Shown: positions 50,223 to 62,100 of the stretch, piece after piece | Layout of the letters: each line of letters opens with the position of its first letter | Position numbering within the stretch: the first letter of the stretch is position 1 | Assembly (NCBI GenBank): GCA_049999805.1 | Contig: JBNGIO010006037.1 | Location: 1-64,000, forward strand | Length of the DNA stretch: 64,000 nucleotides | Direction: 5' to 3' | From: Folioceros fuciformis | Lineage: Eukaryota | The notes under the pieces: model-generated | The model's database searches: none | The model's input: the letters and a program-made list of their open reading frames with translations, nothing else | Told to the model about the DNA's origin: nothing | Made by a program: the position numbers and the translations under genes

Positions 50223-51476
50223 CCTGAAGCCTGGAACGTCTGCCCACCCACTACCCCTCGTGCCGGAGCTGCTGTCTCAGTCCAAGCCTTGTGATTATTG
50301 CCCACACTAACTTACGGAGCTTCAGGCAGTAAGAAGAAGGAGAATGCTCCCCCTACCCGAGAAACGATACGTCCCGCTCCGCAGGAAGTGAGGGGAAAAC
50401 GGCTAGACCAACACCAACACCAACAGGGCTAGTCACGTCAGCGGCCATCATCCGAGGCCCTGCCAATTCCCACCTGCAACACCAAGCTCTGCTCTGCTCT
50501 GCTCAGCTCAGCTCACAGCTCACCTCAGCTCCGTGACCTAGCACCCTGCTAGAAGCTAATTGCCGCACCATTCATGCACACAACTTATAACAAGACAAGA
50601 ATAGCAAATGCCCTCACCCTGTGCGCGCCCAGAGCTCTCAATTTCCGCCCACACTCATGGTTATACTCTCCGGGTGCCCCCAACACCACCATAGCTCATG
50701 TCTCTCGCTGTCCTAGGAAAACAAGATATAATCCCTTTGCCCTCTCCACGTCTCTACAAAAATATATATCTGTCCACTGCCAACAGCGCTTCCAGTATAA
50801 ATAGTAGCACCGCCTACAGCCTCCTCAATTCTATACTATACCTGAACTGCATCATTCTCCTGCACATACATATATAGATAGGCAACCCAAACCCAAACCT
50901 AAACCTAAACCTAATTTCAATCCTAATCCTAATCCCAATGCCAATGCTAAACGTTCAAATATATTCTCTTCCATCAACTTTTATGATGATGATGATTATT
51001 ATTATTTCAAATAAAAATAATGCTGCTCATCTCTCAAGCATGTGAAAGTCTTCTAGCTACCTAGAATGAGCTTCATGTCATTTAACAGCAACAACTTATC
51101 TAACGATATTGTTAGACGCCCCTTTATAGTTATTTTTATTGAGTTGTGTCGTTTGTGCATTTGCATTTAGGTATGTAGTACTATATATATATATAGTTCT
51201 ATTGGTTGAGTTAAATGATTAATGAAGTTAGATATAGGTAAGAATAATATGAAATTAAATTATAATTACAAACTAATAATAATAATAAGTCAAATAAAAA
51301 AAGGTTCTACTCTTATACACATGGTTTTCAACCTTCATTAAGGAGTGTGCCAAAGTTTATCAGAGTCAAGCATTATTCATTGATTTGCAACAAGCATTAG
51401 CCAATGCGGTTTTTAAAATAGTAATAAGCGCAAGTCAAATGACTTTTCAACACTGGTGGTAGGTAGGTTTTTTATT

Positions 51477-51606
51477 ATTCCACATCATGACATTTTGGGA
51501 GTAATAAGTAAATTTTGAGAATGATATTAGAAGGAGCTATTGTCATTCCACATCATGACTTTTGGGAGCAGTAAGTAAATTTTGAGAATGATATTCAAGG
51601 AGCTAG
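51477..51606. repeat. ~65-bp direct tandem duplication in an AT-rich intergenic region
   Basis: ATTCCACATCATGAC.TTTTGGGAG.A.TAAGTAAATTTTGAGAATGATATT..AAGGAGCTA occurs twice. Confidence 0.85.
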
Positions 51607-52218
51607 TACCCTTTTTGATCTTTGGCTTTACTCTTATGTTGTAGAAAGAAGGCTACCATAGAGGAAAGAGGGAGAACACCATTCTTGTGACTCTTGATAA
51701 ACCTTGGGCACTCTTTGATGACCATAGAAAAGTGCTAGTTCATGGCCCCATAGTCTCAAAAGCAAGAATATGAAATATGCCCATCTTGGATAGGAGAATG
51801 CTTGCAAAACTCTATGCTGCTCATCCAAGGATTCACCATGACATATTCGGAAAAGTTTTCTAGGTAAAGAAAACCCTTTCTCTTCTTGCTATTTCTTTTC
51901 TTCAATCATATACTAGGGTATATATGTGCTAAGATCTATTTTATATCCTACTAAGATTACTAGTACCTATCTAAAATATATGTACGTAGCTGGCTTGCTT
52001 ACCCAGCCTTAAACTGTTGTGCAGCTGTTATATGGTCTCGCAAACGAGACCAGCGAGCCCAACGAAATTGAAGTGACTTTTCAATGTTCTGCTGCAAGGC
52101 TAGTTTGGTTCTCTGTGATAGCACGCGGAGGGACTGAAGCAAGTTAAACATACGCTTTTATTTTGCTTGAAGGTCTCAAGGTTGTATTACGGGCTTTACC
52201 GATTGCGTGAGGCGTCCG

Positions 52219-53602
52219 ATGGAGTCGCTGCTGGCGAGCTACGGCGAGTCCGATGACGAGGAGATCACAGAGGTTCAGGCGGGTCCCGGTGCTGCTCAGA
52301 CCGTCGCGGGAAGTTCCGTGCGGTCCTCATGGCAATCCTGGCTTCCCCCTCCTGTAGTTGGGGATGGATCTCGGCCAAGGATCGGCAAGGCGCTCCCTGC
52401 TGCAAGGAATCTGTATGAAACCCCTGCAGGAGGTATAGATTTTGCAGGTCGAGAGGAGATTGGGGTGCAGGAGAAGGTTGTGCCGTCAGCTGTCGGTAAT
52501 GGAGTCTCAGATGCTCCGGCTGGGAGGGAAGGTGGGGGGATTGGAGGAGGATGGTTGTCAATGTTGCCTCCTCCTAAGAAAGGGACGGTGTCGCAGAAGC
52601 GGACCGTGGAATTCAAGCCACCAGTGAATCCTGCGTTGATGTACCAGGATGACGAGGACGAAGAGGCGAGGCCAGCGAAGAAGAGGGTGGTCTCCGCAGC
52701 AGGAGGGGGAAAAATAGGGCTCACTGCAATTCTGCCTCCTCCGAAGCACACCCTTGGGGTAGGAACGGCCTTGGGAGGAGGTGCCGGTGCCGGGGGACGA
52801 CGGACTATCATGGAAACACAAGGCCGGGTTTCCGCGGAGTCTGAAAGTGCAGAAGCAGCCAGTGTTGAGGCTGATGCTGCTACTCCACAGACCTGCAGGG
52901 ATGTTCCACATGAAGGTGCAAGCCTGCAGCAAGAGTTTGCTCAAGACCAATATACGGTATGCGGTTTTCCATTTTGAGCCCTAATGGAGTCGAGGGATGT
53001 GGTAGGAACAGCTGTTGACATGCTTGGTTTCCTCTGTGAACAGGCAAGCGTCTATCAGGACCAAGGAACCGCAGACTATTCTTGGCAAGATCAACCTAAC
53101 GACGTCCAATACGATACGGCTTCGTACGGGCCACCTTCTGGAGAGGGCTCTGGACAGGTGTTGCCCGTAACTGCAGACGATGCATTGGCACGAGTGTTGC
53201 AGGCTGAGCGGAGGAGGGGAAGGCCTCCAACTGTTATCGAAGTAAAGCAAGCAGATTTGACCAAAGGGAAGATTCGGGAGGACCAAGTATCGAGCACTGG
53301 CATTGCATTTGGTCCAGCTTACAAGGTGAGTGAGTGTTCGATTTGTACGTGCGAAGTCTTATCTAGTTTAAGAGGCTTAGAGGAGCAAAGAAGACTGGAA
53401 AGTGCGCCTTCTGAAACATGGAAATTCTTTTTTTGGGCAGCCTGCTGCAGCTACTAAAGACAAACCTTCGAAACTTCACAGGAGAAAGCACCAAATTGGG
53501 TCACTGTATTATGATATGCGGCAAAAAGAGATGGAGCTCAATGACCGTAGGGCTAGAGGGCAGCTGACAAAAGCTGAGACGCAAGCCAAGTATGGCTGGT
53601 AG
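52219..53602 (+). CDS. PRCC: Proline-rich protein PRCC homolog, 3 exons
   Basis: MESLLASYGESDDEE N-terminus, repeated LPPPK motifs and the C-terminal SKLHRRKHQIGSLYYD...KAETQAKYGW signature. Confidence 0.9.
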
Positions 53603-53982
53603 ATCGCTCATTTTGTTTATAGTAAGCGAAAGAACTTGAGCCTGGATAGCTCGACGTGAGATGAAATAAACGGATCCCACCATTTCAGACGCAACCAACA
53701 TGTGTTATATAAAATATGGGATGAAACAAATGGCCGGACAACGAGCAATGCACAACGCGTATAAATGAAGCCCCAACGACTCGGCGTGGCTTCTCGAATA
53801 TGCAAACGGTGGCACTCCTGGCAGCTGTCTAAGAAAACTGAACCTGTGAATTCAAAGATCACTTCCTAATTTATGGTAAGATGCACCTACACAGCGTGGA
53901 ACACTGAATCCTATCCCAAGATACATCAAAAATTAAACCGAACCTGCATGTTCTCGTCTTCCTAGTCTACTGTGCCGAGACC

Positions 53983-55263
53983 CTATGCCATGATCTTGGC
54001 TGACTTCAGATACAAGCTGTCCATGACCTTGCTGATATTAGATATGGTGTCCAAGGTCGCAGGGTAGATCCCATCAGGCTTGATATCGTCAAAAATAATG
54101 AGACAACCAGCTCCTTGATCCAAAGTCCCGGAAAACTTCTTGTCCAAAATCATCTGGGAGAGCTTCTTCTCTACAGCGTCTATCGGAAGCCCAATAAGGT
54201 CAGAGATGTGTGAAATCTCGACCCTTGAAAAGGGCTCAATCAGACGGCAGAGGTTTTGCTCCAGTAGTGTGTCATACAGTGATGACAGATGACGATGAAC
54301 AATGGGATCCTCTTCTAATTGATCCCTGTAGGCATTCAAAGCCTCTTCAAAAGCCTTGAGAGAGCGTTTAGCATATGCCTCTGCCACTGCGGACATTGCA
54401 TCAAGCTCCGGGCCATTGTATTTGAGCCCTGCCTTGGACGATATCAAGCCACCGACATCCTCCGCTTGATTGGTCATGATTTTACACAGCAGCATATACT
54501 TGAGCGCAAATACCGCTCGAGAATCCTCTAGGGCATTGAAAGCCTCAAACGCTTCGAAGAAGTAACTGAAGCCGGTCTTGTAGTCTTTCTCCTCGGCGTG
54601 GAGAATCCCGCTCTGGAGATCAATAGTTCCCTGTTGCGCTGGCGGCACATAAATGGCATTGGCTGCCGTCCTGGCAGCCGTCAAAGCAGCTTTGGCCTTA
54701 GCCAAATTCCTCAAGGAGAAGTGCAACTTGCTTTCCAGCAAGTCGATATCCACCAGCAACAATTTGTCATCCAGGCGCCGCACTTCCCTAACTAGGTTAG
54801 GCAACAGAGACAAAACCTCCGAAAACTCCTTGCTCTCCATCAACAGAGCTGCCAGCCTCGCCTCCACTCTTTGCCGAAGGAAGGTCCTCTTCTCAACCCG
54901 AGTCCACTCCACCATCTCGCGGCATAGCGAAATTTGCAGCGCCGTGGTCTCCGGGATCTTAGCTACTGCATCAATAATACCTCTCACAATTTTGGCAGTC
55001 TTGGCCTTGGGAATGAGCAGGAAGAAGGGACGCAACTCCGTGAGCAGACTCCTGAGATCCTCTCCCCTTTTCTCCGCTGCCAGCAGGTCAGACAGAGACG
55101 CAATTGCCACCTCCTTCACCCGGATAGCTTCACTTGTGGCCGAAGGATGCTGAATGATCTGGTGAAACAGCTGAATGGCCTTAGCGGGATCGACATCCCG
55201 AATCTCCTCCGCTTGCGCAAGCGACTCCGCGTTCGGCACCAACGACGAGGTGGACGCAGCCAT
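53983..55263 (-). CDS. RPN6: 26S proteasome non-ATPase regulatory subunit RPN6 (PSMD11), intronless CDS
   Basis: PKAKTAKIVR, EKRTFLRQRVE, LDDKLLLVDI, ARTAANAIY, EKDYKTGFSYFFEAFE and the PCI domain LLEQNLCRLIEPFS...LSQMILDKKFSGTLDQG. Confidence 0.97.
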   Translation of the reverse strand: MAASTSSLVPNAESLAQAEEIRDVDPAKAIQLFHQIIQHPSATSEAIRVKEVAIASLSDLLAAEKRGEDLRSLLTELRPFFLLIPKAKTAKIVRGIIDAVAKIPETTALQISLCREMVEWTRVEKRTFLRQRVEARLAALLMESKEFSEVLSLLPNLVREVRRLDDKLLLVDIDLLESKLHFSLRNLAKAKAALTAARTAANAIYVPPAQQGTIDLQSGILHAEEKDYKTGFSYFFEAFEAFNALEDSRAVFALKYMLLCKIMTNQAEDVGGLISSKAGLKYNGPELDAMSAVAEAYAKRSLKAFEEALNAYRDQLEEDPIVHRHLSSLYDTLLEQNLCRLIEPFSRVEISHISDLIGLPIDAVEKKLSQMILDKKFSGTLDQGAGCLIIFDDIKPDGIYPATLDTISNISKVMDSLYLKSAKIMA

Positions 55264-56683
55264 GGCTGCCTTCCTTGAGCAGCTGGCGCTCGAACACCAA
55301 AAGACCAGCACCTCTTCCTGACACCGGCACCCTAATTAAAGCACCAGCGTGTAGGTGCCGAGCCTAGGGTGCGGAGTCTCTGTTGCTTCGCTTCCTGATC
55401 AGCCAGACGTAGCGTAAGCTGCGTGCAAGTGTTCCCCTTCATCACCTAGTTAGCGTGTATTCAAGTTATGTTAAGCCGTTGCTAGTTGTTTGTACTGTTT
55501 GCGCCATACTGTAGTTGGCCGCGCATACGTCGTGTGATCGGTATCGGGATTTTGCAAGGCTCACGACTCCGTGCCCACATGAGTCCAAACGTAGGGAAGA
55601 ATCCTGATTCTGTCTCTACCCCAAGCCTGATCTGTCGGCGAAGAAAACGGTACGCCCTGGACAACCAAAGTCTGTATTGCAAGAGGCACAGTCTCCTCTT
55701 ACGATGAACCTCAAACCTCTAGTAGGTGGAACTGAGAGGTTAAGAAGAGGATGCGATTCCAGGGCGTGAGAAACACGCGCAGGCCGCAACAGAGCAGTAG
55801 CTATATGAGCACAGAAACACAACATATAGCTTGCAAGAAGGTGAAGGAGGGAGGAATATAGGGAATGCACATAATGCAGTGTTGAACGGATTCTGTGTTG
55901 CCAACGAAGCTTGCAACATCAACAGCAAGAAGAATTCGTGGAAGGCACACTTGATGCAATATTGCAGAGAATGCTGCCATCTGCTCCAGAGGTGTCCAGA
56001 TTTGCCAAATGACGGAGACATCGTTGTACACGATCCGCTTGCATTCCTCAACCTATCCGCTAGCTCCAGGACCACTAATGGAGTGGTCTGGTACGCGGAC
56101 AAGACGGCGCCTGTGATGTGGAAGAGACTGCAAATATGCTTAAATGTGCGGTCTCTACCAACCCGAGGTCGAGCGGCTGGATGAGAAGCAGTGGAAAGGA
56201 AGCATTGGCGCGGAGGAGGAGCAACAAGGTTGAGCGCATGGTAGAAGACTGAGCTGCATGCCAGCCTTGGCGCGCGACTACCTGGAGCTGCCGTAGGCGG
56301 GGAGAGGAAGGGCCTGTAGCTCGGCCCACGGTTGTAACGTGGTCCACTACAGTCGTCTGCTTACGAGGACAGGAGCCGGGATCGGAGTAAAGCCAGGGTA
56401 GTGCCATGGCAGACACTGATCACGGCCAGGGATGGTGCTGGAGTGGGGCGCACAATCGCTCACTCCGCGGACTCGGCTGCAGCAGGAGCAGCGACGGCGC
56501 GCGCCGGTGCCAGGGGCGGGGCAGGGGCTGGTGCCAGGCCTCGGGGGAAGGCGCACCGGGGCGCGTCTCTTCGCTCAGCTGGCGCTCAACCTACTGCTCT
56601 TCGTAAGCTGGTGGCATTCTTTCTACTCCGTGCAGCCGGGGAGCGGTCGGCAGGGGCTGGAGGAGCGTGGTGAGGAGCGGGTC

Positions 56684-57878
56684 ATGAGCGTGGAGATGAG
56701 CATGGCCCGTCCCCGCCCGCTGTTCGTGCTGTTCGGGGACTCGATCACGCAGCAGTCGTTCCGGACAGGGGGCTGGGGCGCCGCCCTCGCGGATCGCTAC
56801 TCCCGTAAGGTCTCCTCTCCTCCACCCTGCTAGCTCTGTCCGAATGCCGAGATACGTGTGTCATGCTTGCCCGTCTCACCATATGCTTGTGTTGGTGCAG
56901 GCGGATGTTGTTCTGCGCGGCTACAGCGGGTACAACACGCGCTGGGCTTTGTACCTGCTTGACGGGATTTTCCCTCCCGTAAGACTGCCATTCGGTGTTG
57001 CTTTTGTTGTTGCTGCATTTGCAGGACGGATGGGGAATGACGTGGAAGGTCTGTGGTGCAGAAATCCGAGGTCACACCTTCTCTAGTCACTATATTTTTT
57101 GGTGCAAATGACGCAGCCTTGCCTGATAGAGGCAACCAGCATCAGCACGTGCCGGTGTCCGAGTACCAGGAGAATTTGCACCGGATTGTAGCACACCTCA
57201 AGGTTCGGGGAGGAGGATCCTGTCTTGCGTCCATACGTCTGTCCAGTTTAATTCTTTGGGCTTGACCGGATTCCTGTTTGATACAGGGCCTGTCGAACTC
57301 GTTGCTTATCGTGCTCATCACCCCCCCTCCCGTAGATGAAGAGGGGCGCCTTGCTCATGCCAGGTGTGTCTCCTTTCTCATCTGCTACACGAGGTCCTAT
57401 ATAGGGTTTACGACTCGAGCTCACCCTGTGCCGCACATGTGCTTCAGGGTCATGTATGGAGACAATGCCGTGGACATTCCGGAGCGCACGAATGAGTTTG
57501 CAGGGCTGTATGCACGAGCCTGTCAAGCCGTGGCCAGAGAGGAAAATATTCCCGTCATCGATCTGTGGTCTGCGATTCAAGCAAAACACAACTGGCAGAA
57601 GCTCTGTCTTAGGTACAGCTTGTTTCCTCACCTCTTCCTACTTGCTTGCCTGTTGTAGCGTAGTCATCTCATACAGCGCACTCTTTTCCTGCTTTACGTG
57701 CAGTGACGGCCTGCACTTGACAGCCGCCGGCAATTCCGTGGTGTTCGAGGAACTGATAAAGGTACTGGACAATTCCAGTGAGGGTGCTTCTTTAGGCGCA
57801 GACTCCTTGCCTATGGACTATCCAGAGCACTCGCATGTGGACCCAACTGATCCAGCCAAGACTTTCTCGGACTTGTAG
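56684..57878 (+). CDS. GDSL/SGNH esterase, IAH1/CPRD49-like, multi-exon
   Basis: FVLFGDSITQQSF, RGYSGYNTRWA, TIFFGANDA, LITPPPV and SDGLHLT (SGNH blocks). Confidence 0.93.
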
Positions 57879-58360
57879 AGCGAAGGTTATTGATGTATTC
57901 CAGCGGTATCTTTGGGAATTACATGTATGTAGGGAGAAACAAAAGTTTCTGTATGATGCCTTCTTGGTACGAGGCAGCCCTTGGCCACAAAATTCTTCTT
58001 CACCTGGCTAAGAGGGTCTTCTTGGCTTCACATCATGAAGTCTCGCGCTAAGCGGCACCTGTGCTCTGCAGACAGAGACGCTATCCCTTTCTCCAATCCC
58101 GACGACCCCATGGTTAGGAGGGGCATGTTGATGGAGATTCAGCTTTCTCCTCCCTGAGGACCTGCCCTGCTGGTCTCCCATCACGGACGCGACTGGTTTC
58201 ACCTCTCACAATTTTTTTTTCAGCTGCTCGGCACCCGAAAGCAGCAATGGTGCCGCCTAAGTAGGTGAAGCAAAGGCATATTATTGCTAAGCTTGAGTCT
58301 TTACGCTCAAACCTTAAACGCGTTTGCCCAAGAACGTCTTCTGCCCGTACAAGATTCCGT

Positions 58361-59106
58361 TCAAAACTGTCGTGTGTTCCGCAGACCCCTGGAAATGTGA
58401 ATCCACTCCTCATCCTGCGCGGCCTCAATTGCCGATTTCTTCATCGGAGGAGGCTCCCTCCCTTCCCTGATAGCCTTCCTTCTCTCCGCTTTCCACTTCT
58501 CCTCTACTGCCTTACGGGCTTCGGCATCCTCGGCCTGCACAAACACGAGGTAGGAACCCTAACTTTAGTGTGGGCAACCAACAACGACGAAGGAATCCGT
58601 GATACGTTTTCCCGAACTTGCCTCAACCACATCGCGAGCCGCATCCCGAAACAGTCCCTGCTGCATCAACTCCAGTTGACGCCAAGCAAACTTCCGGGCA
58701 GGCGGGGGTTCGAAGCTCGTCAGGCTGCCGGAAACAGGAACAGAGATTTCAGGCCCCTTCTTCTCGAACATGCGACAGAGGCCTGGCTGCTGCAGCGAGG
58801 GGAAAGGGAGCTCACTCTATGGGCGTGCAAACGGCGTCGGGATGACGGGCGTAGTAGGATTCCACCAGCCGATCCTCAGGGTAACGTATCTTGGGAGGCC
58901 TCTTGGTCCGAGTCTGGCTCGCAACAGGCGGAACGCTGCACCGTCATGCACAACACAGTGAGTCGGGTGCTTACGGCCACCTGCAACCGCATCCACAACC
59001 ACAGATCCCACCTTTCCACAGCGTCCAGCCATCGGGGCTTGGTTACGATGCCTCCTTTCATCAGAAGGCGCGTCTTGGTAAGCACGTTTCCTTTCATAAA
59101 TGACAT
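58361..59106 (-). CDS. mS23: Mitochondrial ribosomal protein mS23 (plant type), 4 exons
   Basis: MSFMKGNVLTKTRLLMKGG...PRWLDAVE-VPP, IRYPEDRLVESYY, FEPPPARKFAWRQLELMQQG and AEDAEAR...IEAAQDEE. Confidence 0.8.
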
Positions 59107-59185
59107 CGCGCCTGCTCAAGACTCACAACTGCACGACGATCACAACATATGCAAGTGCGTCGAAACTAAAATTCCGGCAGTGGCA

Positions 59186-62100
59186 TCAGATCCAAGGTTG
59201 CCATCCCACCCACGTGCGGCCATAGACGTTAGGGTCAGTGGCCTGGTCCAGCAAACAATCAATTTGTTCCTGCACAGACTCGCACCTCTCTTTGATTACA
59301 CGGGCGCGTATATTCCTACTAGGGGCTCCGCGGACGATGCCTTCCAGTGCGGACATGTACGGCTTGCCTGCGTGGATGGAACTCCGAAGCTCAGCGACGG
59401 TGATTTCTGCAGGGTTCCACAGATCCAGCTTTCGATGGGCATGTTCAATCTTCAGCTCCACATGCTGCTGCGCATGACTCGGGGATCCCTGGCCGCCCTC
59501 CCCCAGCTCTTGCAAAGCATCGGCGGGCGCAGCCCCCCTTCGAAGGGTAGCCGTGCGTGCGGCTTCTGTCTGCCAGTCGACCAGCGGCTCTTTCACGAAG
59601 ATATCCAGGACAGCGCCTACGTCTTCCCTGCGGGCATGGAGTGCCGACATAGCTCGGACCATGTCATTCCGCAGTAGAGCTATCGCATCCAGAGGCCGCA
59701 GGTAATCCAGCATTTGCCGGGTCAGCCTGAATGGTATCAGCTCAGGGACGGGCAGAAGAATGACTGCTGTGCCAAAGCTGTACCCGAAGTCGATAGGGAT
59801 CAAGGACCCGCGGTCCATGTCAATCAGCATGTTTCCAAGGTGCCTGTCCCCGACTCCCGCCACATAACAACACACACTTACCACTGACAGGCTTCGAGCA
59901 AACTGAGACCGCATAGAGAGGTATGCCTCGGCACTTGTTGACAACTTCGACATTCCTTGTCTGAGGGCATCAGAGGGCATTTGGGAGTGCAGAAATGCCA
60001 TTTCCTGGGCGACGTCTCTGTACTCTAGAGTGGCATAGGAGTTGGCGTAGCATGCAGGAAGGTTCTGTGATCTTCCCTTTTGGGTGATCCAATCCACGTA
60101 CTGCTTAGTCAGACTCTGGAAGAGCATGTCACCATTTTGCTGGTAGCCATTAGAAGACACGGCCTTCGAGGTCAACCCATCTTTTATTACATCCTGTAGC
60201 ACTCTGGTGTGCTCCACGAACTGAAGCAGACCACAACGCCTGGACACTGGGATAACAGCAAAGGTGGGCACCAATAATTCTCTCCTGGAACATGCTGAAT
60301 CCCTCCCCAATATGCCGTTTATGACTTCAAATAGTTGCTGTATCCTTTGATCCAGACGTAGATCTTCACCTCCCTTCACAACAAATTTGTACTCCTTTTC
60401 ATCCGACCCTCTCATAGTAAGAATCTTGGGACGTTGCTTTGAGGACAAGGTCACCACCGTCTGTTCAAAACCAACCAGCTTTACGTGCCTTTCAGGGTCA
60501 GGCTTTTGTAGTCCACCATACTGTCCAGGAACTTCGACGGCATGACTTCCACGTACACCATCTGGACGCGACATCCCGTGTGCCTGTGCAAGTGTTTCCA
60601 GGCTTCCGTACTGGTCAAACTCCGCCATCCATCTGGAGAGGGACGCCAGACTCTGATTTCCAGCTGGCAGCACCTGCACAGCTTTCTGCAGGTTGGAAAC
60701 GACATCCTTCGTTGAAGCTGTGAATCCTCCCTCGTCCATTCCTAGCAGTTTTTCACCCCTTTCTCCAAAGGCCTTCAAGACTTGTTTGCTGTAGCTTTGA
60801 GCGAATTTGGTGTTGTATTCTCCTGACAAACGAGTCTCTTTCTTCATTTCCTGCAAGTCAAGAGAATCTTCAAAGACCTGGCAAAAAACCTCTTGTGCTT
60901 TCTTCCTGTCACCAGTGATTAAACAGTACTTTATCCGAGAAAGACCATCTTGCAAACGTTGCTCCGGAAAAGTTAGATCCTCTACAGCCCTGGCAAAACC
61001 CTCTTGAGTTGGATCTCTCAGATAAAGTGCTAACTTTTCAGTCCTTCGCGTCCCAGTGCTCTTGAAGTCGCCTTTGCTAACTTGAAATTGATGATACAAT
61101 GCTCGAGGATACAACCTTGCCACGTCTTCCAGAAGCTTCACAAAAACAGCTCCCACGTCTTCATCCATTGTAGCCAGCATCTGTGGTATCCAAGCAACGA
61201 AGAGCCATTTTGGAATATCCTCAGCAAAGCTCTGAAACTCCTGGATTGTGTCAGGGTACTGAGTAACCAGAAAGAGAAGTCTTGCCACACTCTGCTGGCC
61301 CTGCGAAGAACTGTCCAGAGACACGGCTTTGCTAAGATTTCCCACAATTAATCTGGGGTATGCTGATGCAGGTGGAAGGCCCATACCACCACTTCCCTCT
61401 CTTAACACCTCCCTTACTTGGTCCCCCCATTTCAAATCCTTACTGGCTTTCAGCAGCTCATCACAAAAGGCCCCAAGTCTGTAGAAGGCCTTCGCTGAGT
61501 TTCGTACCGAACACTTAGCACTACCTGCACTCTTACCGAAATCTGCAAGCTTACCTATTAACTCGTTTAAAACTGCAAACGTGGACCCTAACCTTGATCC
61601 ACCGTCGTTGAGAGCACTTCTGTTAACTTTACTTCTCGGCAAAAGCTCCAGTAAGGACCATCCTATCTGAGACAAGATGTTTGCCTCATTCAGTTTCAAT
61701 CCGATGATCCACTTGGGGTCAATCGACGCTCCTCTTCTCTGTGCCGTGTGCTGAATGTATTGAAGCACCTGGAACAAAAACTACGCATGAGACTAAAACT
61801 TAATGAGAATTAGTGGCTCGACCGTACACGCGTCCTGTGACAAGAGGGACAAACCTTCTCACGTAGTGCTACACCTTCCTTGACGTTAATACGCTGAGTC
61901 CTGTCTGCTTGGAGGTTTTGCAGCTTTACAAGTCTCTTGAAGGACTGGTAGTCATGGTCATCATTCCCTGTTTCAGCATGTTTCAAAGCTTGATACTCCT
62001 GCATATATCCCTGCCACCGGATGAGAACGTTGACAGTAGTCAGCAAAAACAATTTGCTCCCAGTCGCACAGCACGTCTGCTGATTTCTCACTTGGAGAAC

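Noticed and set aside
50883-50950. AAACCC/AAACCT/AATCCT run resembling telomeric DNA
   Set aside because: These are degenerate 6-mers rather than the plant 7-mer CCCTAAA, and the tract is a short low-complexity run.
58265-59677. 470-aa plus-strand ORF
   Set aside because: It is antisense to mS23 and the DNA-PKcs last exon, has no ATG start and no recognisable domain; most likely a GC-rich shadow frame.
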